The position numbers and the translations under genes were made by a program. Source: an uncultured Acidobacteriota bacterium (GTDB lineage Bacteria > Acidobacteriota > Thermoanaerobaculia > UBA5066 > Gp7-AA6). Taken from it: a stretch of DNA of 64,000 nt. The notes beneath the pieces were generated by a model. The model was not told where the DNA came from, ran no database searches, and saw only the letters and a list, made by a program, of their open reading frames with translations. The DNA lies in the NCBI GenBank assembly GCA_963824165.1, contig CAWGOM010000017.1, positions 153,278-217,277 on the forward strand, written 5' to 3'. Positions 52,718 to 64,000 of this stretch are shown piece after piece; position 1 is the stretch's first letter, and each line of letters begins with the position of its first letter.

Positions 52718-54814
52718 ATGCGGACCTCGATCGCAGCTTGCGTTCTCTCGACATCGGCGGCTTTTCTCAACGCACAGTCGCCGCCGCTGGGCGAGGAGTT
52801 CCAGGTCAACACCTACACGACCGCGGGACAGTATCGCCCCGGCGTGGCTTCGATTCCCGCCGGGGACTTCATGGTCGTCTGGGAGAGCGGGCCGAACCCC
52901 ACGATGGTCATCCGAGGGCAGAGGTTCGACGCGGCGGGAGCGGCCCAGGGAGGCGAGATCCCGGTTTCCGCCGGGGCCGGGTTCCGTCCGGCCGCGGCCG
53001 CGAGCGCCGCCGGTTTCGTCGTGGTCTGGGGCGACGCGGCGACGGAGGCCGTCCGTGCGCAGCGCTTCGACGCCGACGGCGTTCCCCAGGGGGGCGAGTT
53101 CCCCGTCAGCTCCTCCACGTCCCTCCAGCAGTTCGAGCCCCGGGTCGCGATGGGCGCCGCCGGCGACTTCGTCGTCGTCTGGAGCACCTACGGCGGCGGA
53201 GCGGACGACGTGTGGGGGCGGCGATTCGGCCCGTCGGGGACTCCGCTCGGAGACGACTTCCAGGTCAACACCGTCACCGACGACTACCAGTTCGGCGCCG
53301 ACGTCGCCCTCGACGACTCCGGCGCGTTCGTGGTCGTGTGGGAGGACGAGCAGTACGAGGGCGACCTGCGCGTCTACGCACGGCGGTACGACGGCTCGGG
53401 AGCGCCGCTGGGTGGGCAGTTCGCGCTCAACCCCGGCGTCGAGTCGGCGTGTCCGGCCGTGGGACGCGACGCTGCCGGCGGATTCGTCGCCGTCTGGAAC
53501 GGCTTCGACGGGGACGACGCCGGCAACTTCGGGAGGCGATTCGACGCCGCGGGGAACCCCCTCGAGCCCGCGTTTCAAATCAACACCTATACGACCAACG
53601 AGCAGGAGTGCCCCCGAATCGCGATGAGCGGTTCCGGCGAGTTCGTGGTGACCTGGGAAAGCAGCGGCCAGGATGCGCCCGGCCCCGGAGGCGGGGTCTT
53701 CGCGCAGCGTTACGACAGCGCGGGGCGCCGCGTCGGCGCCGAGTTCCTCGTCAACACGTACACGACGAGCGGTCAGGGCGCTCCGTCGATCGCCCTCGAC
53801 GGTCGGGGAGGGTTCGTTGCGGCGTGGCAGAGCTTCCAGGACGGCTCGGGCTTCGGCATCTATGCAAAGCGCGGAGGTTTCCCCGACGGCCGGCCCATGA
53901 AAGTCGACGAGCGCGCGAGCGGCGGCTCCTCCGACGTCAACGGCGTGCTCGAGTCCGGGGAGCGGGTGACGGTGGATCCGGCGTGGCTGAACTCCAGCGG
54001 CCTTCCCCAGTCGCTGTCGGGCACGGCGGCCGACCTCTCCGGCCCGCCGGGACCCTCCTACACCCTTCACGACGCCTCGGCCGACTACGGGACCATCGCC
54101 GCGGACACGGCGAATGACTGCTTCACCGCGACGGCCGATTGCCTCGAGGTCGAAGTCTCCGGCACGCGCCCCGTCGTCCACTGGGACGCGACCTTCGAGG
54201 AGACCCTCTCGACCCTCGTGTCGAAGACCTGGTCGCTGCACGTCGGCGAGAGCTTCACCGACGTGCCGAGAACGAACCCCTTCTACCGGCAGATCGAGGC
54301 CCTCTTTCACAACCTCGTGACGGTCGGCTGCGGTGGCACCGACTATTGCCCCGCGTCGACCGTGAACCGGCAGCAAATGGCGGTCTTCCTCCTGCGCTCG
54401 AAGTACGGGCTCAACTTCGTTCCGCCGCCCGCCACGGGAACCGTCTTCCTGGACGTGCCCCTCGCCAATCCGTTCGTCGCGTGGATCGAGCTGCTGGCCG
54501 CCGAGGGCATCACCGGGGGATGCGGCGGCGGGAATTACTGTCCCATGGCCGCGGTCACCCGCCGGCAGATGGCCGTTTTCCTCCTCAAGGCAAAGCTGGG
54601 CTCGTCTCACCTGCCCCCCGCGACGACCGGGATCTTCGGCGACGTCCCGGCCGACGACCCGTTCGCGCCCTGGATCGAGGAGCTCTACGGGCTAGGGATC
54701 ACCGGGGGCTGCAGCGCGTCCCCCCTGCTCTTCTGTCCGGGCTCGTCCGTCACGCGGGGACAGATGGCCGCCTTCCTGGTCAATACGTTTCTTCTCGCGC
54801 TCTACGGGCCGTAG
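52718..54814 (+). CDS. Secreted surface protein 1: seven propeller-like repeats, Ig-like domain, three SLH-like repeats
   Basis: Repeats EFQVNTYTT..Q..P.VA....FVVVW x7; NGVLESGE; F.DVP..NPF...IE.L...GIT.GC; ends ALYGP. Confidence 0.8.
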   Translation: MRTSIAACVLSTSAAFLNAQSPPLGEEFQVNTYTTAGQYRPGVASIPAGDFMVVWESGPNPTMVIRGQRFDAAGAAQGGEIPVSAGAGFRPAAAASAAGFVVVWGDAATEAVRAQRFDADGVPQGGEFPVSSSTSLQQFEPRVAMGAAGDFVVVWSTYGGGADDVWGRRFGPSGTPLGDDFQVNTVTDDYQFGADVALDDSGAFVVVWEDEQYEGDLRVYARRYDGSGAPLGGQFALNPGVESACPAVGRDAAGGFVAVWNGFDGDDAGNFGRRFDAAGNPLEPAFQINTYTTNEQECPRIAMSGSGEFVVTWESSGQDAPGPGGGVFAQRYDSAGRRVGAEFLVNTYTTSGQGAPSIALDGRGGFVAAWQSFQDGSGFGIYAKRGGFPDGRPMKVDERASGGSSDVNGVLESGERVTVDPAWLNSSGLPQSLSGTAADLSGPPGPSYTLHDASADYGTIAADTANDCFTATADCLEVEVSGTRPVVHWDATFEETLSTLVSKTWSLHVGESFTDVPRTNPFYRQIEALFHNLVTVGCGGTDYCPASTVNRQQMAVFLLRSKYGLNFVPPPATGTVFLDVPLANPFVAWIELLAAEGITGGCGGGNYCPMAAVTRRQMAVFLLKAKLGSSHLPPATTGIFGDVPADDPFAPWIEELYGLGITGGCSASPLLFCPGSSVTRGQMAAFLVNTFLLALYGP

Positions 54815-54849
54815 GCAGAGCGACCCGGCGGCGGACCTTTTTCCCGGCC

Positions 54850-54882
54850 TTGACCCCCTGTCCTCCGGGACAGGTATATGCT
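54850..54882 (+). promoter_or_regulatory. Putative promoter with a dyad between the -35 and -10 boxes
   Basis: TTGACC (54850-54855); CCTGTCC-TCCG-GGACAGG (54857-54874); TATATGCT (54875-54882). Confidence 0.4.
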
Positions 54883-54991
54883 GCGCGCCAACGAGGTCGT
54901 AGCGCTCAAACAGACCGGCTTCCGCGAGGCTCGAGCCCGCGGCCCGACGAACGGACCCCCTCGAGCTTCGCGCGATGCGGAGGAGGGGAAG

Positions 54992-57207
54992 ATGCGTGGA
55001 AAGCTCATCGGCATCTCGTCGGCTCTTCTGATCTCTCTCGCGTCGACCGCCGGCGCGCAGACCCAGACCCCGGGGCCCACGACCACGACACGGTGCCCAC
55101 CCCCACCGTGGGGCCGCCACCGACCCCGACGCCGCCGGCGCCGATCTATCTGTCGGATCCGTCGATCGTCAACACGTACACCACGGGCAATCAGCGGCGC
55201 GCTTCGGTGGCAATCGGCGCCGACGACAACTACCTCATCGTCTGGAACAGCGATGCCGCGCAGGCCGGCTTCTACGACATCAAGGGCCAGCTCTTCACGC
55301 GCGACGGTGTGAAGATCGGCAGCGAGTTCCAGGTCGACCAGGCGGGCGCCAACCGCCTCGAGTACACGCCGAACGTCGCATCCGACGGCGGCGGCAATTA
55401 CGTCGTCGTCTGGGCGGACTTCAACCAGACAGTGACCGACTCCGAGATCTGGGTGCGACGCTTCGACGGCGCCGCCAACCCCCTCGGCGACGCCGTTCAG
55501 GTCAACACCTACACGACCGCGCGGCAGCGCCTCCCGCGCGTCGCCGCCGATTCCATCGGCCAGTTCGTCGTCGTCTGGGAGAGCGAGGGCCAGGACGGCA
55601 GCGGGCTCGGGGTCTTCGGCCAGCAGTTCGACGAGACGGGCGCGCCGGTCGGCTCGGAGTTCGCTGGTCAACAACACCACCACGACCGGCGATCAGGACC
55701 GGCCGGCGGTGGACATGGACGACCAGGGCTTCACCGTGGCATTCGGAGACGGGAGCGGAGGCATCGCGGCGCGGGAGTTCGGCACCTTTCGCCACCGAGG
55801 GATCGAGCCAGTTTCCCATCTTCGGGCCGAATCACCGGTTCGCGGACGTCGCCCGCCTCGACGGCGACCGACCAAGCACCTTTTTCGTCGCCGAGAACAC
55901 CGCCACGCGGAGCGATCGACGGCATCCGCATGTCGAGAACGGTGTCGCCCAAGTCTCCGTTCACGACGGTTCCGAGCGGCTTCAACCCCCGCCTGGCCCG
56001 GCACGCGCGCCATCACGCCGCTTCCGGCGCAGCCAACCGGGATCCCCCCGAGGCCGAGGCGGCCTGGCTCGCCTGGGAGAAGGACTTCCTCGTCTACTGC
56101 CAGCGGTACGGCTTCGATCCGGGCATTCGCGTGTACGAGGAGTTCTACTTCCCGTGGATTCTCGCGAACGATTCCCGACATCGACGCTGGCCCGAACGGG
56201 CCGTCGCGGTGGCGACGCAAACGAGACAACGCCCCGGGTACGGACGTCGATGGAGCGCACGGTGCCGTGCCTCGATCCCCTCGCCCTTCCGCTCTTCGAC
56301 GACAACGCGAATGGCGTCCTCGAGCCCAATGAGTCGGCCGATTTCTCCGCGTTCGAGGAGTACTGGGAGGCGAACTCCGCGTCTCACCCTCAACGGGCTT
56401 ATTGGTAGCTCGGCCAGCGGCCTCGCTCCCGAGGCCCTCACGATCGACGATCCGACCGCAGACTACGGCACCATCCCTCCAGGCAGCACGGCCGACTGCC
56501 AGGCGACGGGAGATTGCTACGGCATCACGGTCTCGGGTGCTCGCCCCGGAGTTCACTGGGACGAGTCGGTCGTCGAGACGCTTTCAATCGGCGTCCACAA
56601 GACCTGGCTCCTCCACATCGGCCAGAGCTTCGCCGACGTGCCGACGACGAACCTCTTCTACGCCTTCATCGAGAACCTTCTCCACAACGGCGTCACCGCC
56701 GGTGGCGCGTGCGGCGGCTACTGCCCGACCGACGGCGTCAAGCGCCAGCAGATGGCGGTCTTCCTCCTGAAGGCACGCTTCGGACCGTCCTTCACTCCCC
56801 CGCCGGCGACCGGGACGATCTTCACGGACGTCACGCTCGCCAACCCCTTCGCCGCCTGGATCGAGGCGCTGTACCTCCTCGGCATCACCGGCGGCTGCTC
56901 GGGAGGTCCTCCTCCGGCGCCGACCCAGTTCTGCCCGGACGCGATCGTGAACCGGCAGCAGATGGCGGTCTTCCTGCTGAAGACGCTCGAGGGCTCGGCC
57001 TACGTGCCGCCGGACGCCACCGGGATCTTCCAGGACGTGCCGCTCACGAACCCGTTCGTGAAGTGGATCGAGGAGCTCTACGCGAGGCAGGTCACCGGGG
57101 GCTGCGTCGTCAGTCCGCTCCAGTACTGCCCGGCGAACCCGACCAACCGCCAGCAGATGGCGGCGTTTCTCGTGAAGACGTTCGGTCTGTTGCTCTACGG
57201 ACCCTGA
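54992..57207 (+). CDS. Secreted surface protein 2, paralog with Pro/Thr-rich linker (multiple frameshifts)
   Basis: MRGKLIGISSALL signal, PPPTPTPPAP linker, VNTYTT repeats, NGVLEPNE, SLH-like repeats, ends LLYGP. Confidence 0.75.
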
Positions 57208-57231
57208 GACCCAACCTTCGAGGAGGCCACG

Positions 57232-59400
57232 ATGCGTTTCCGGTCCCTGCTCGTGCTCGCGACACTCGCTCGCGACGGCGACGGCCCTCGCCCAGTCTCC
57301 CGGCATCGGCCCGTTCTTCACGCTGAACTCCTACACGACGCAGAACCAGCTCCAGCCCTCGCTGGCTCCGGACGGAGCGGGCGGGTTCGTCGCCGTCTGG
57401 GAGAGCTTCGGCCAGGACGGCTCGGGTCGAGGGGTCTTCGGCCGGCGTTTCGACACGCTCGGGGCCCCGGTCGGCGACGAGTTCCAGGCGAATTCCTACA
57501 CCTTCGGGGACCAGCGCCTTCCGCAGGTCGCCGCCGACAGCTCGGGTAACTTCGTCGTCGTCTGGGAGGGCAGCGCGGGAAAGCGACACCCAGGGAATCG
57601 CTCGTCGGCTCTTCGACAACACCGGAACGCCGATCACCCCGGCCGAACAGGCGGTGGGCCCCGACACGCTGGATCCGGAGACGCTCCCGCGGGTCGCCCG
57701 CAACGACAACGGATTCGTCGTCGTCTGGCACCACACCGCCCCGATCGTCGGCAACGAGCTGCGCGGCCAGCGGTTCGAATCCGACGGCGACACCATCGGA
57801 GGGGACTTCCAGGTCGCCGCGTTCACCACGGGCTCGATCTCCCATCCGGCCGTGGCCATGGACACCGCGGGCAATTTCGTCGTCGCCTGGCAGTCGTATG
57901 ACGACGGGGCCGCCACCGGGATTCGCGCCCGCGCCTACGACTCCACCGGCAGCCCGATCACCGGCGAGTTCAACGCCAACAGCTACACCACCGGATTCCA
58001 GATGCTGCCGTCGGTCGCCATGGACGGCACCGGCGGCTTCGTGATCGCCTGGGACAACGGGGAGACGCCTCCCTGGCCGATCCACGCGCAGAAGTTCGAC
58101 TCGACCGGCGCTCCGGTCGGCGGCAACGTCCAGCTCGGGGACGGGGATCGGCGTCGTGATCGCGCGGCGGGAGCTCGGAGGTTACGGCGCGATCTGGGTT
58201 CCCTCTCCGGCGGCAGCGTGCTCGGCGCCCTGATCAAGGGCGCGCCGCTTCGACGACAACCTCGCGCCGGTGGGCTCGGTCTTCGAGTTGCACGACGTCA
58301 ACGTCACGCGTGCAGGCCTTCGCCCGGACGATGGCCGCGAACATCGGCCGGCACTTCGTCTTCGCCTGGCAGGACTTCACCACGAGCGGAACCATCGACA
58401 TCGTCGCGAGACGCGGCGGTTTCCCGGACGGGGCGCCGTTCCAGGTCGACGCGCGCGCGGGCGGCTCCACCACCGGCAACCTGAACGGCGTCCTCGAGGT
58501 CGGGCGAGCGCGTCCTCGTCGATCAGGCCTACCAGAACCTCTCCGGCGCGCCCTATCCGCTCGCAGGCACGGCCTCGAACTTCACGGGCCCGGCGGGCCT
58601 GTCGTTCACGATCCACGACCCGGCCGCGGACTACGGCACGATCTCCGGGAGCGCGCCGCAGGGCGACGCCCCGGCCGGCTCGACGACCGCCGACTGCTTC
58701 ACGGCCACGGCCAACTGCTTCGAGTTCGAGCTCACCGGAACCCGCACACCCGGCCTCCACTGGGACACGACCTACGACGAGGCGCTCTCCGAGGACGTCT
58801 CGGTCACGCGCACGCTGCACGTCGGCGGCAGCTTCACCGGACGTGCCGAGCGTCGAATCAGTTCTATCGCTTCATCGAGACGCTGCTTCACACCGGCGTG
58901 ACCGGCGGCTGCGGAGGCAACCAGTACTGCCCGACGAGACCCCGTGACCCGCGGCCAGATGGCGGTCTTCCTCCTGAAGTCGAAGTTCGGCGCAGACGTT
59001 CGTTCCTCCCCAGCCGACCGGGACCGTCTTCACGGACGTCCCGATCTCTCATCCCTTCGCGGCCTGGATCGAGCACCTGGCCGCGCTCGGCATCACGGGC
59101 GGATGCGGCGCCGCAACCTCTACTGCCCCGAAAACAGCGTCAACCGGCAGCAGATGGCGACCTTCCTGCTTGAAGACTCTCGAGGGATCCGCCTACCTGC
59201 CGCCGACCGCCGCGGGGATCTTCGCCGACGTCCCGCTCTCCAACCAGTTCGTCGCGTGGGTCGAGGAGCTCTACAACCGCCAGGTCACGGGAGGCTGCTC
59301 GGCGGCGCCGCTGCTGTACTGCCCCACCAACTCGGTCACGCGCGGGCAGATGTCGGCCTTCCTGACGAAGACCTTCCTGCTGGCGCTCTACGGGCCGTAG
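57232..59400 (+). CDS. Secreted surface protein 3, paralog (multiple frameshifts)
   Basis: NSYTT repeats, [17 protein letters not shown]-like repeats, ends ALYGP. Confidence 0.75.
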
Positions 59401-59412
59401 AGCCGGAGTCGC

Positions 59413-60136
59413 CTAGACGGCCGCGGGCGCTTCGCGCCGGAGCGCGGAGCGCTTGCGGTCGTTGACCTGGTCGTCGCGGACCTTGCCGTCCTTCAGCCGC
59501 ACGATGCGCCGCGCGTGCGCGGCGATGTCTTCCTCGTGCGTGACGACGACGATGGTGTTGCCGCGGGCGTTCAACTCGTCGAAGAGGGCCATGATCTCGG
59601 CGCCCGTCTGGGAGTCGAGGTTGCCCGGTCGGCTCGTCGGCGAGCAGGATCGACGGATCGTTGATGAGCGCGCGGGCGACGGCGACGCGCTGGCGCTGGC
59701 CGCCCGACATCTCGTTGGGCGTGTGGTTCATGCGGTCGCCGAGGCCGACGGCCTTCAGCGACTTGATCGCGCGCTCGCGCCGCTCCTTGCGCGGCAGGCC
59801 GGCGTAGACGAGCGGCAGCTCGACCTGCTGGATGGCGGAGGTGCGCGGCAGCAGGTTGAAGGTCTGGAACACGAAGCCGATCTCCTGGTTGCGGATGGCC
59901 GCGAGCTCGTCGTCGGTCATCCGGGCGACTTCCTTGCCGTTGAGGACGTAGGAGCCGGAGCTCGGCGTGTCGAGGCAGCCGATCAGGTTCATCAGGGTCG
60001 ACTTGCCGGAGCCCGACGGGCCCATGATGGCGACGTACTCGCCCCGCTCGACGCCGAGCGAGACCCCGGAGAGGGCGTGGACCTTCTCCTCGCCCATCTC
60101 GTAGACCTTCGTGATGTCCCGAATGTCGATCAGCAT
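59413..60136 (-). CDS. MacB/YknY-type ABC ATP-binding protein (frameshift near 59630)
   Basis: [31 protein letters not shown]. Confidence 0.88.
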
Positions 60137-60199
60137 CAGGCGGAGCCCTCTCTGTCTGTCTATACGGATTTCCGGGCGTCCTGTTTCGGGGACGACCCC

Positions 60200-60935
60200 T
60201 CAGCCCATCAGGGCGCTCGCGCCCGCCTTCCCGAGGACGTAGAGCGCCCAGAGGGTCACGACCAGGGCCGCCACGCGCCCCCGGGGGGCCCTGGCGGCCG
60301 CCGACAGCCCCAGGACGAGGAGCGCCATGGTCCAGAAGGAAAAGAGGTCGACCGAGGCGAGCAGCCCGTGGGTCACGTCGTCGACCCGGCCCGCGAAGAA
60401 GTGGCCGAGGTTCGTCGGGAGAACGTCGCCGATCTTCTGCGGGTCGACCGTCGTCCGGTTCCACAGGGCCGCCAGCAGGCCGAGCGCCGTCAGGACGCCC
60501 GGAAGGAACGCGTGCGAGGTCACGCCGAGCGACTGGGGAAACCGGACCTCCCAGGCGAAGGCGTTGCAGGCGCCCCAGAGCACCGCGGCGACGATGAAGA
60601 GGACCACGATCGGCGCCAGCGACCGCGATGACGTCCCAGAGCCAGGAGATCCGCTGCGCCTGCTCGACGGCCTGATCGATCTGCGCCTCGGAGAGCCGGC
60701 GCTCCGACTTCGCCATCTGGGCCGAGACGACGGCCCGCCAGTCGGTCTTCGACAGGATCAGCTCCGAGACGGGAAGCGAGAGCCCCGCCGAGATGGCGAC
60801 CGGCAGGATCCACGTCGGCCTCGCCGCGATCGCGGCGAACGTGCGGACCGGAGACACGAAGACTCCGACGAGCCGCCCGAGGGCGGAGTCGGGGCCGTCG
60901 CTCCCCGTCGGAGCCGCCGCGGCGGCGTCGGTCAT
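60200..60935 (-). CDS. YIP1-family membrane protein, YknW-like (frameshift near 60620)
   Basis: LVGVFVSPVRTFAAIAARP.W; IGPTNLG-like LPTNLGHF; VDLFSFW. Confidence 0.75.
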
Positions 60936-62653
60936 CCGGCTACGGCGCGCCCGCCGGCGACTCCGAAGCCGAGCGCCCTCTCGACGAACGCGGCGCGCGC
61001 CTCGACCGTCGCGGGCGGGACCATGTCGCGGACATGCCCGTCGATCTTGACGTTCTTCCAGTCGAGGATGTCCGCGATCGCGTTGTGGTACGCCGCAACG
61101 GCCTTGCGGTAGAGCGCGAGCGCGTTCAGGTACTTCGACTGCGGCGTCGGAGAGCTGGTTCTGGATCTGCGAGACCTCGAAGGAGGTCGTCATGCCGTTG
61201 TCGTACTTCTTGCGCGCGGCGTCGAGGTTGCGCTCGGCGAGCTCCTGCCCCTTGGCGGCGGCGTCGATCTGCCGGCTCGCCGGTCTCGATCGCGCGGTGC
61301 GCGTTGCGCACGTTGAGGACGACGTCCTGCTCGAGCACCGTGAGGTTGGCCCGCGACGTCTCGAGGTTGTACTGAGCGACGCCCCGCGCGCCCCTGGCGC
61401 GTGCGATTGAGGATCGGATACGAGAACACGAGACCGACCCTCCAGTCCTTGAAGTTCTCGGTGAACATCTGGTCGGCCGCGTCCCACCAGTTGCTGCGGG
61501 CGATGACCTGGCCGTTCTGCGGGTCGTAGAAGGTGCCGCCGAGGCCGTTCTTGCCGTAGCCCGCGACGAGGTCGAGCTGCGGCATCGTCTGGTTCTTCCA
61601 GTACTCGTAGCGCAGCGACGTTCGAGGCCACGGCGTAGTTCTGGGCGACGATCTCGGGCCGGCGCGCGAGGGCGGTCCGCACGCCCTCCCCGAGGTCGAA
61701 GGGCTGCCGCTCGACGCTCAGCTCGTCCGTCGGGACGATCCGGGTGGTCGTGGGGGTCTCGGCCTCGTAGTTCAGGTCCCGCCGAAGCTGGTCCTCGGCC
61801 AGGCCGACGACGGCGTCGGCGTTGATGATGTCCTGTTCGGCGGTGGCGATGCCGACCTCGGTCTGCACGATGTCGATCGGCGCGAGCGATCCGACGTCGA
61901 TCTTGATCTTCGTGATGCGGTTGAGCTCCTTCGCGATGTCGCGCGCCTCGAGCTTCACCTTCAGGTTCGCCCGCGCGTAGACGAGGTCCCAGTACGACTG
62001 CTCGACCGAGTTGATGACGGCCTGCACGCTGCGGATGAACGTCTGGTACGACGCGTCCCGCGTGTTGCGCGAGGTCTCGATGCCGATCTCCGTCGGGAGC
62101 CTGCCGAAGTTGCGCAGCAGCGGCTGGGAGACGCCGAGCGACAGACCGGACGTGATCGCCGGGTTGACGTCGGTGAAGGTCGAGTTCGTCAGGTTGTACG
62201 GACTCCGACCAGCCCGAAGTCCACGGTCCCGCCCCACGGCGTCAGCTGCGAGAGGCCGATGCCGCCGTCCCAGGAGTCGTTCTTCAGGACGTCGGCGCCC
62301 GCGAGCTGCGAGGAGGTCGGCGTGTCGGTGTGCGACGCGGGACGTTCGTGCGTCAGCGAGCGGGTCGTAGATGCCCGTGTTCTGGAAGAGGAAGAACTGC
62401 GTCGCCTCGGCCGCGTTGACCGAGACGTTCAGGTCCTGGTTGTTCGCCAGCGCGAGACGGATCGCCTGGTCGAGCGACAGGCGGCAGGCCGTCCGCCCCG
62501 GGCGCCGGGCACGCGCCAGCGGCGCCTGCGCTGGCCGGGCTCGGCGCTGACGACGGCGCCGGCCGTCTGCGCCGGCAGCGCTCCGGTCGTCGCGATGAGG
62601 AGACCGGCGGCCGCGGCCGCACCCGCTCCCCGGAACCTCAACGAGCTCTTCAT
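60932..62653 (-). CDS. TolC-family outer membrane efflux protein (multiple frameshifts)
   Basis: Signal peptide, QPLLRNFG, VEQSYWDLVYA, ITKIKIDVGSLAPIDIVQTE, ARKKYDNGMTT. Confidence 0.85.
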
Positions 62654-62719
62654 GCCATGACTCCTTATGTCACCCCAAATTACGCAGCGGGCCGGCGAAT
62701 GTTTCGGTAAGTCCTCATA

Positions 62720-63698
<979 letters not shown>

Positions 63699-63702
<4 letters not shown>

Positions 63703-64000
63703 GGGCCCGCCGCGCCCCGGGGGCCGGTCTCGTGGAGGAAGCAGCGCGCCTCGCCCGGTCGGCGTCGCGTAGAGCTCCGGTTCGCGGGCCTCGCACGGCT
63801 CGAAGCGCTCGGCGCAGCGCGGCGCGAAGGCGCAGCCCGACGTCCCGCGCTCCGCCAGGTCCGGCAGGGCGCCCGGAATCGCGTCGTAGCGCTCGCCCAC
63901 GAGCCGGGCCGCCGCCGCGCAGGTGCGGCACCGACCGCAGCAGGCCCGCGCGTGTAGGGGTGCTGCGGGCGCCGCGAACAGCGCCCGCGTCGGCGCCTCC
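63699..64000 (-). CDS. Oligopeptide ABC ATP-binding protein OppD-type, C-terminal fragment
   Basis: QHPYT, AIPG..PDL, GCAFAPRC, ARCFL; stop overlaps the OppF start. Confidence 0.75.

Noticed and set aside
57770-57790. tRNA T-loop-like GGTTCGAATCC
   Set aside because: It lies inside the coding sequence of SLH paralog 3 and no cloverleaf forms around it.
52718-59400. Recombinase-driven antigenic variation cassette or diversity-generating retroelement
   Set aside because: No recombinase, reverse transcriptase, inverted repeats or adenine-specific template/variable repeat pair was seen; all three paralogs have their own start and signal peptide.

Overview
A roughly 70% GC bacterial chromosome segment. 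Gene content and synteny suggest Acidobacteriota, probably Thermoanaerobaculia-like (inferred, not searched). It is mostly core genome: leuS; a long minus-strand envelope superoperon (lysS-lolC/E-lolD-clpC-bamA-skp-lpxD-fabZ-lpxA-oxidoreductase-mtnP-adenosine kinase-ribH-nusB); asnS, rimO, ribF, trxA and mpg. It also holds MacAB-type, TolC/YIP1 and Opp transporters, two type II toxin-antitoxin pairs, several signalling proteins, three GT-C-type membrane glycosyltransferases and a tandem array of three secreted beta-propeller/SLH surface proteins. Many genes, including essential ones, are broken by 1-nt indels that look like long-read sequencing errors. No tRNA, rRNA, CRISPR array or transposase was seen. 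The strongest candidate for an undescribed system is the metal-uptake operon at 29744-33037. It is headed by a CxxC...RSPP (DUF2946-like) leader ORF whose Pro-Pro codons form the 5' arm of a long hairpin that sequesters the next gene's Shine-Dalgarno site, suggesting a metal-sensing ribosome-arrest attenuator; a divergent CDF exporter shares the promoter region. Other leads: the LYGP-terminated SLH array next to a TMEM260-like transferase, a structured RNA candidate upstream of leuS, heptamer-repeat palindromes, and widespread near-leaderless promoters.
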